Shown here one piece after another: positions 61,710-64,000 of a stretch of 64,000 nt of DNA. The notes beneath the pieces were generated by a model. That model was not told the DNA's origin and did no database searches. It saw only the letters and a list, made by a program, of their open reading frames with translations. Numbering within the stretch: the stretch's first letter is position 1; the number at the start of each line of letters is the position of its first letter. Position numbers and translations under genes: made by a program. The stretch comes from Chiloscyllium plagiosum (lineage: Eukaryota): contig NC_057720.1 in assembly GCF_004010195.1 (NCBI RefSeq), forward strand, positions 9,071,646-9,135,645. Direction: 5' to 3'.

Positions 61710-62375
61710 AGTGGCAATGTTACTGTACTTATTATCTAACACTCTGGGACGTGAGTTCAAATCTAAATCTTCGTTTAGTTCATTCATGGGATGCGGGTAT
61801 GACTGGCTAGGCCCAGCATTTATTGCCCATCCCTAATTGCCCAGAGGGCAGTTGAGAGTCAACCACATCACTGTGGGCCCTGGAGTCATATGTAGGCCAG
61901 ACCAAGATGGCCGCTTCCTTCCCTAAAGCATATTAATGAACCAGATGAGTGTTCCTAGTAATGGTTTAATGGTTATCACTAGACTCTTAATTACAGATTT
62001 TCCTTTCTCTTGAATTCAAATTCCACCATCTGCTGAGGCAGGTTTTGGACTTGGGACCCCAGAACATTATGTGAATCTCTAGATTAACAATACCACTCAA
62101 CCATCGCCTCTTCTGGTGGTAAGCTTTGAATTCAGGAACAGGTCTGTTTTTTTTTCAAAAAGGCAGCCAAATGGTATTTGCTATCAACTATTTTAAAAAC
62201 CCATTTGGGTCACCAATGACCTCTAGGAAAGAAAATCTGATGTTGTTACCTAGTCTGACTGACATGAGACTCCAGATCCACAGCAATGTGGTTGAATCTT
62301 AACTGCCTTCTGACCAATTAGAAATGGAATATGAATTCTGGCCTGGTCATTGATGTCCACACCCATAAATGAATT
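61710..62375. mobile_element. Family B SINE (minus, 61775-62110) nested in another family B SINE (plus)
   Basis: Outer head at 61710-61765 and outer body resuming near 62115. Confidence 0.7.
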
Positions 62376-62697
62376 TGGGACCCACTGGGGGGGAGCAGAG
62401 AGACAAAGCTGATGTTAACCTTTAGAGTTAGACAATTATAGTCATACAGCACAGAAGCAGACCATTCAGCCCAACTAGTTCATGCCAACCGGATATCCCA
62501 AACTAAAAATTAGTTCCACTTGTCTGCATTTGGCCCATATCTTTCTAAGTTCAAAGATGTACCATTATGTGGATTGGCCATGTGAATTGAATTGTATTGA
62601 ATTGAATTTATTGTCACGTGTACCGAGGCACAGTGAAAAGCTATGTCTTGCGAGCAATATAGACAGATCACAGAATTAAGAGGCATAGATAAGTAAC

Positions 62698-63020
62698 ATG
62701 GCAGCACGGTAGTTCAGTGGTTAGCACTGCTGCCTCACAGTGCCAGGGACCTGGGTTTAATTCCAACCTCAGGTGACTGTCTGTGTGGAGTTTGCATGTT
62801 TTCTGCATGTCTGCATGGTTTTCCTCCAGTTTCCTCCCACAATCCAAAGATGTGCAGGTCAGGTGAATTGGCCAAGCTAAATTGCCCATAGTGTTAGGTG
62901 CATTAGTCAGAGGGAAATGTCGGGGAATTGGTTTGGGTGGATTACTCTTCAGAGAGTTGGTGTGGACTTGTTGGGCCGAAGGGCCTGTTTCCAAGCTGTA
63001 GGGAACCTAATCTAATCTAA
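62698..63020 (+). mobile_element. HE1 V-SINE
   Basis: Head, V-domain and (ctaat)n tail. Confidence 0.9.
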
Positions 63021-63264
63021 AATAATTGGTATATAGTGGCAAAAACAAAAACACAGGTCCAGGCGAATGTTAAGAGTTTGTGACTTTATAATTTGCCCAT
63101 AGTGTCCAGGGATGTGCAGGCTAGGTGGATTAGCCATGAGAAATGCAGGCTTAAGGGGTAGAGTAGGGAGGTCAGTCTGGGTGGGCTGCTCTTCTGAGGG
63201 TCAGTGTGGACTCGATGGGCCGAGTAGCCTGTTTGCACACTGTAGGGATTCTGATACTGAACTT

Positions 63265-63685
63265 TTTCTATTCATGTACCTCTCCAAAGGACTTTTTAAT
63301 GTTGTAATTGTACCTGCACCTACTACTTTGTCTGGCAACTCATGCCATACACGCATTGCCCTTTGTGTGAAAAGCTTGTCCTGCAGTTCCCTTTTAAATC
63401 TTTCCATTCTCACCTTAAACTCATGCCTTCTAGATTTGGACTTACCTACCCTGGGGAAAAGACCTTGACCATTCATCTTATCTAGGCCCCTCATGATTTT
63501 ATAAACATCTATAAGATCTTCGGCGCTCCAGGGATAAAAGTTCCAGTCTATACAGCCTCTCCCTATAACTCAAACCCTCCAGTCCCAGCAACATCCATGT
63601 CAATTTTTTCTGCACCCTTTCCAGTTGCACAACATATAGCAGGGCAACCAGAATTGTATGGAGTATTCCAAAAGTGGCCTCACTT
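63265..63685 (-). mobile_element. CR1 fragment whose 3' end lies at 62435-62548
   Basis: MRGLDKMNGQGLFP...VWHELPDKVVGAG. Confidence 0.85.
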
Positions 63686-64000
63686 AACCCAAACCAAGTT
63701 TCTCACTCTTGGTGTCAAAAGTGAGATACTCTTGGGGAGGTGAATATTCAGCAACTTTGAGATAAGAAAGACAGATCCATATTGACTCTTTTACATCCTG
63801 GCAGCTGAATGCTTAAATCAGTGCAGAGTCTTATTTTGACAATCCAATGGATTTCATGGCTGTTTGTTGCGAACAATCACATCAATGAAATACAATTTGA
63901 CAATGTTGGGGGCAAATTGAGCTCTTGGCTGTGAAGTTCATCACCATAACTAAAAGTCACCTCATCCCAAAATATGTAAAGTTAATAATTTGACTGATAC

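Overview
Eukaryotic, repeat-dominated genomic DNA, most likely intronic or intergenic sequence from a shark. The basis is HE1 V-SINEs with their partner HER1/CR1 LINEs and DeuSINE remnants; the species cannot be determined. There is one 640-N assembly gap (49320-49959). I recognise no complete host gene, and the ORF track is almost entirely CR1 reverse-transcriptase fragments, antisense readings of SINEs, microsatellite and gap artefacts. Main content: (1) many CR1/HER1 LINE fragments, one nearly intact over about 1.7 kb; (2) HE1 and other tRNA-derived SINEs; (3) Rex1/Babar-like LINE ends; (4) two solo-LTR-like families; (5) one TA-flanked MITE; (6) Penelope-like elements, including GIY-YIG endonuclease relics and many short palindromic derivatives with 9-16 bp target-site duplications (TSDs) that carry minimal hammerhead ribozyme motifs in at least four sequence variants; (7) a 53-bp SINE-derived tandem array, a 23-bp minisatellite with higher-order structure, and a local inverted duplication. 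Several short minus-strand exon candidates may belong to an unidentified large-intron gene. All coordinates were read by eye and repeat boundaries are approximate.
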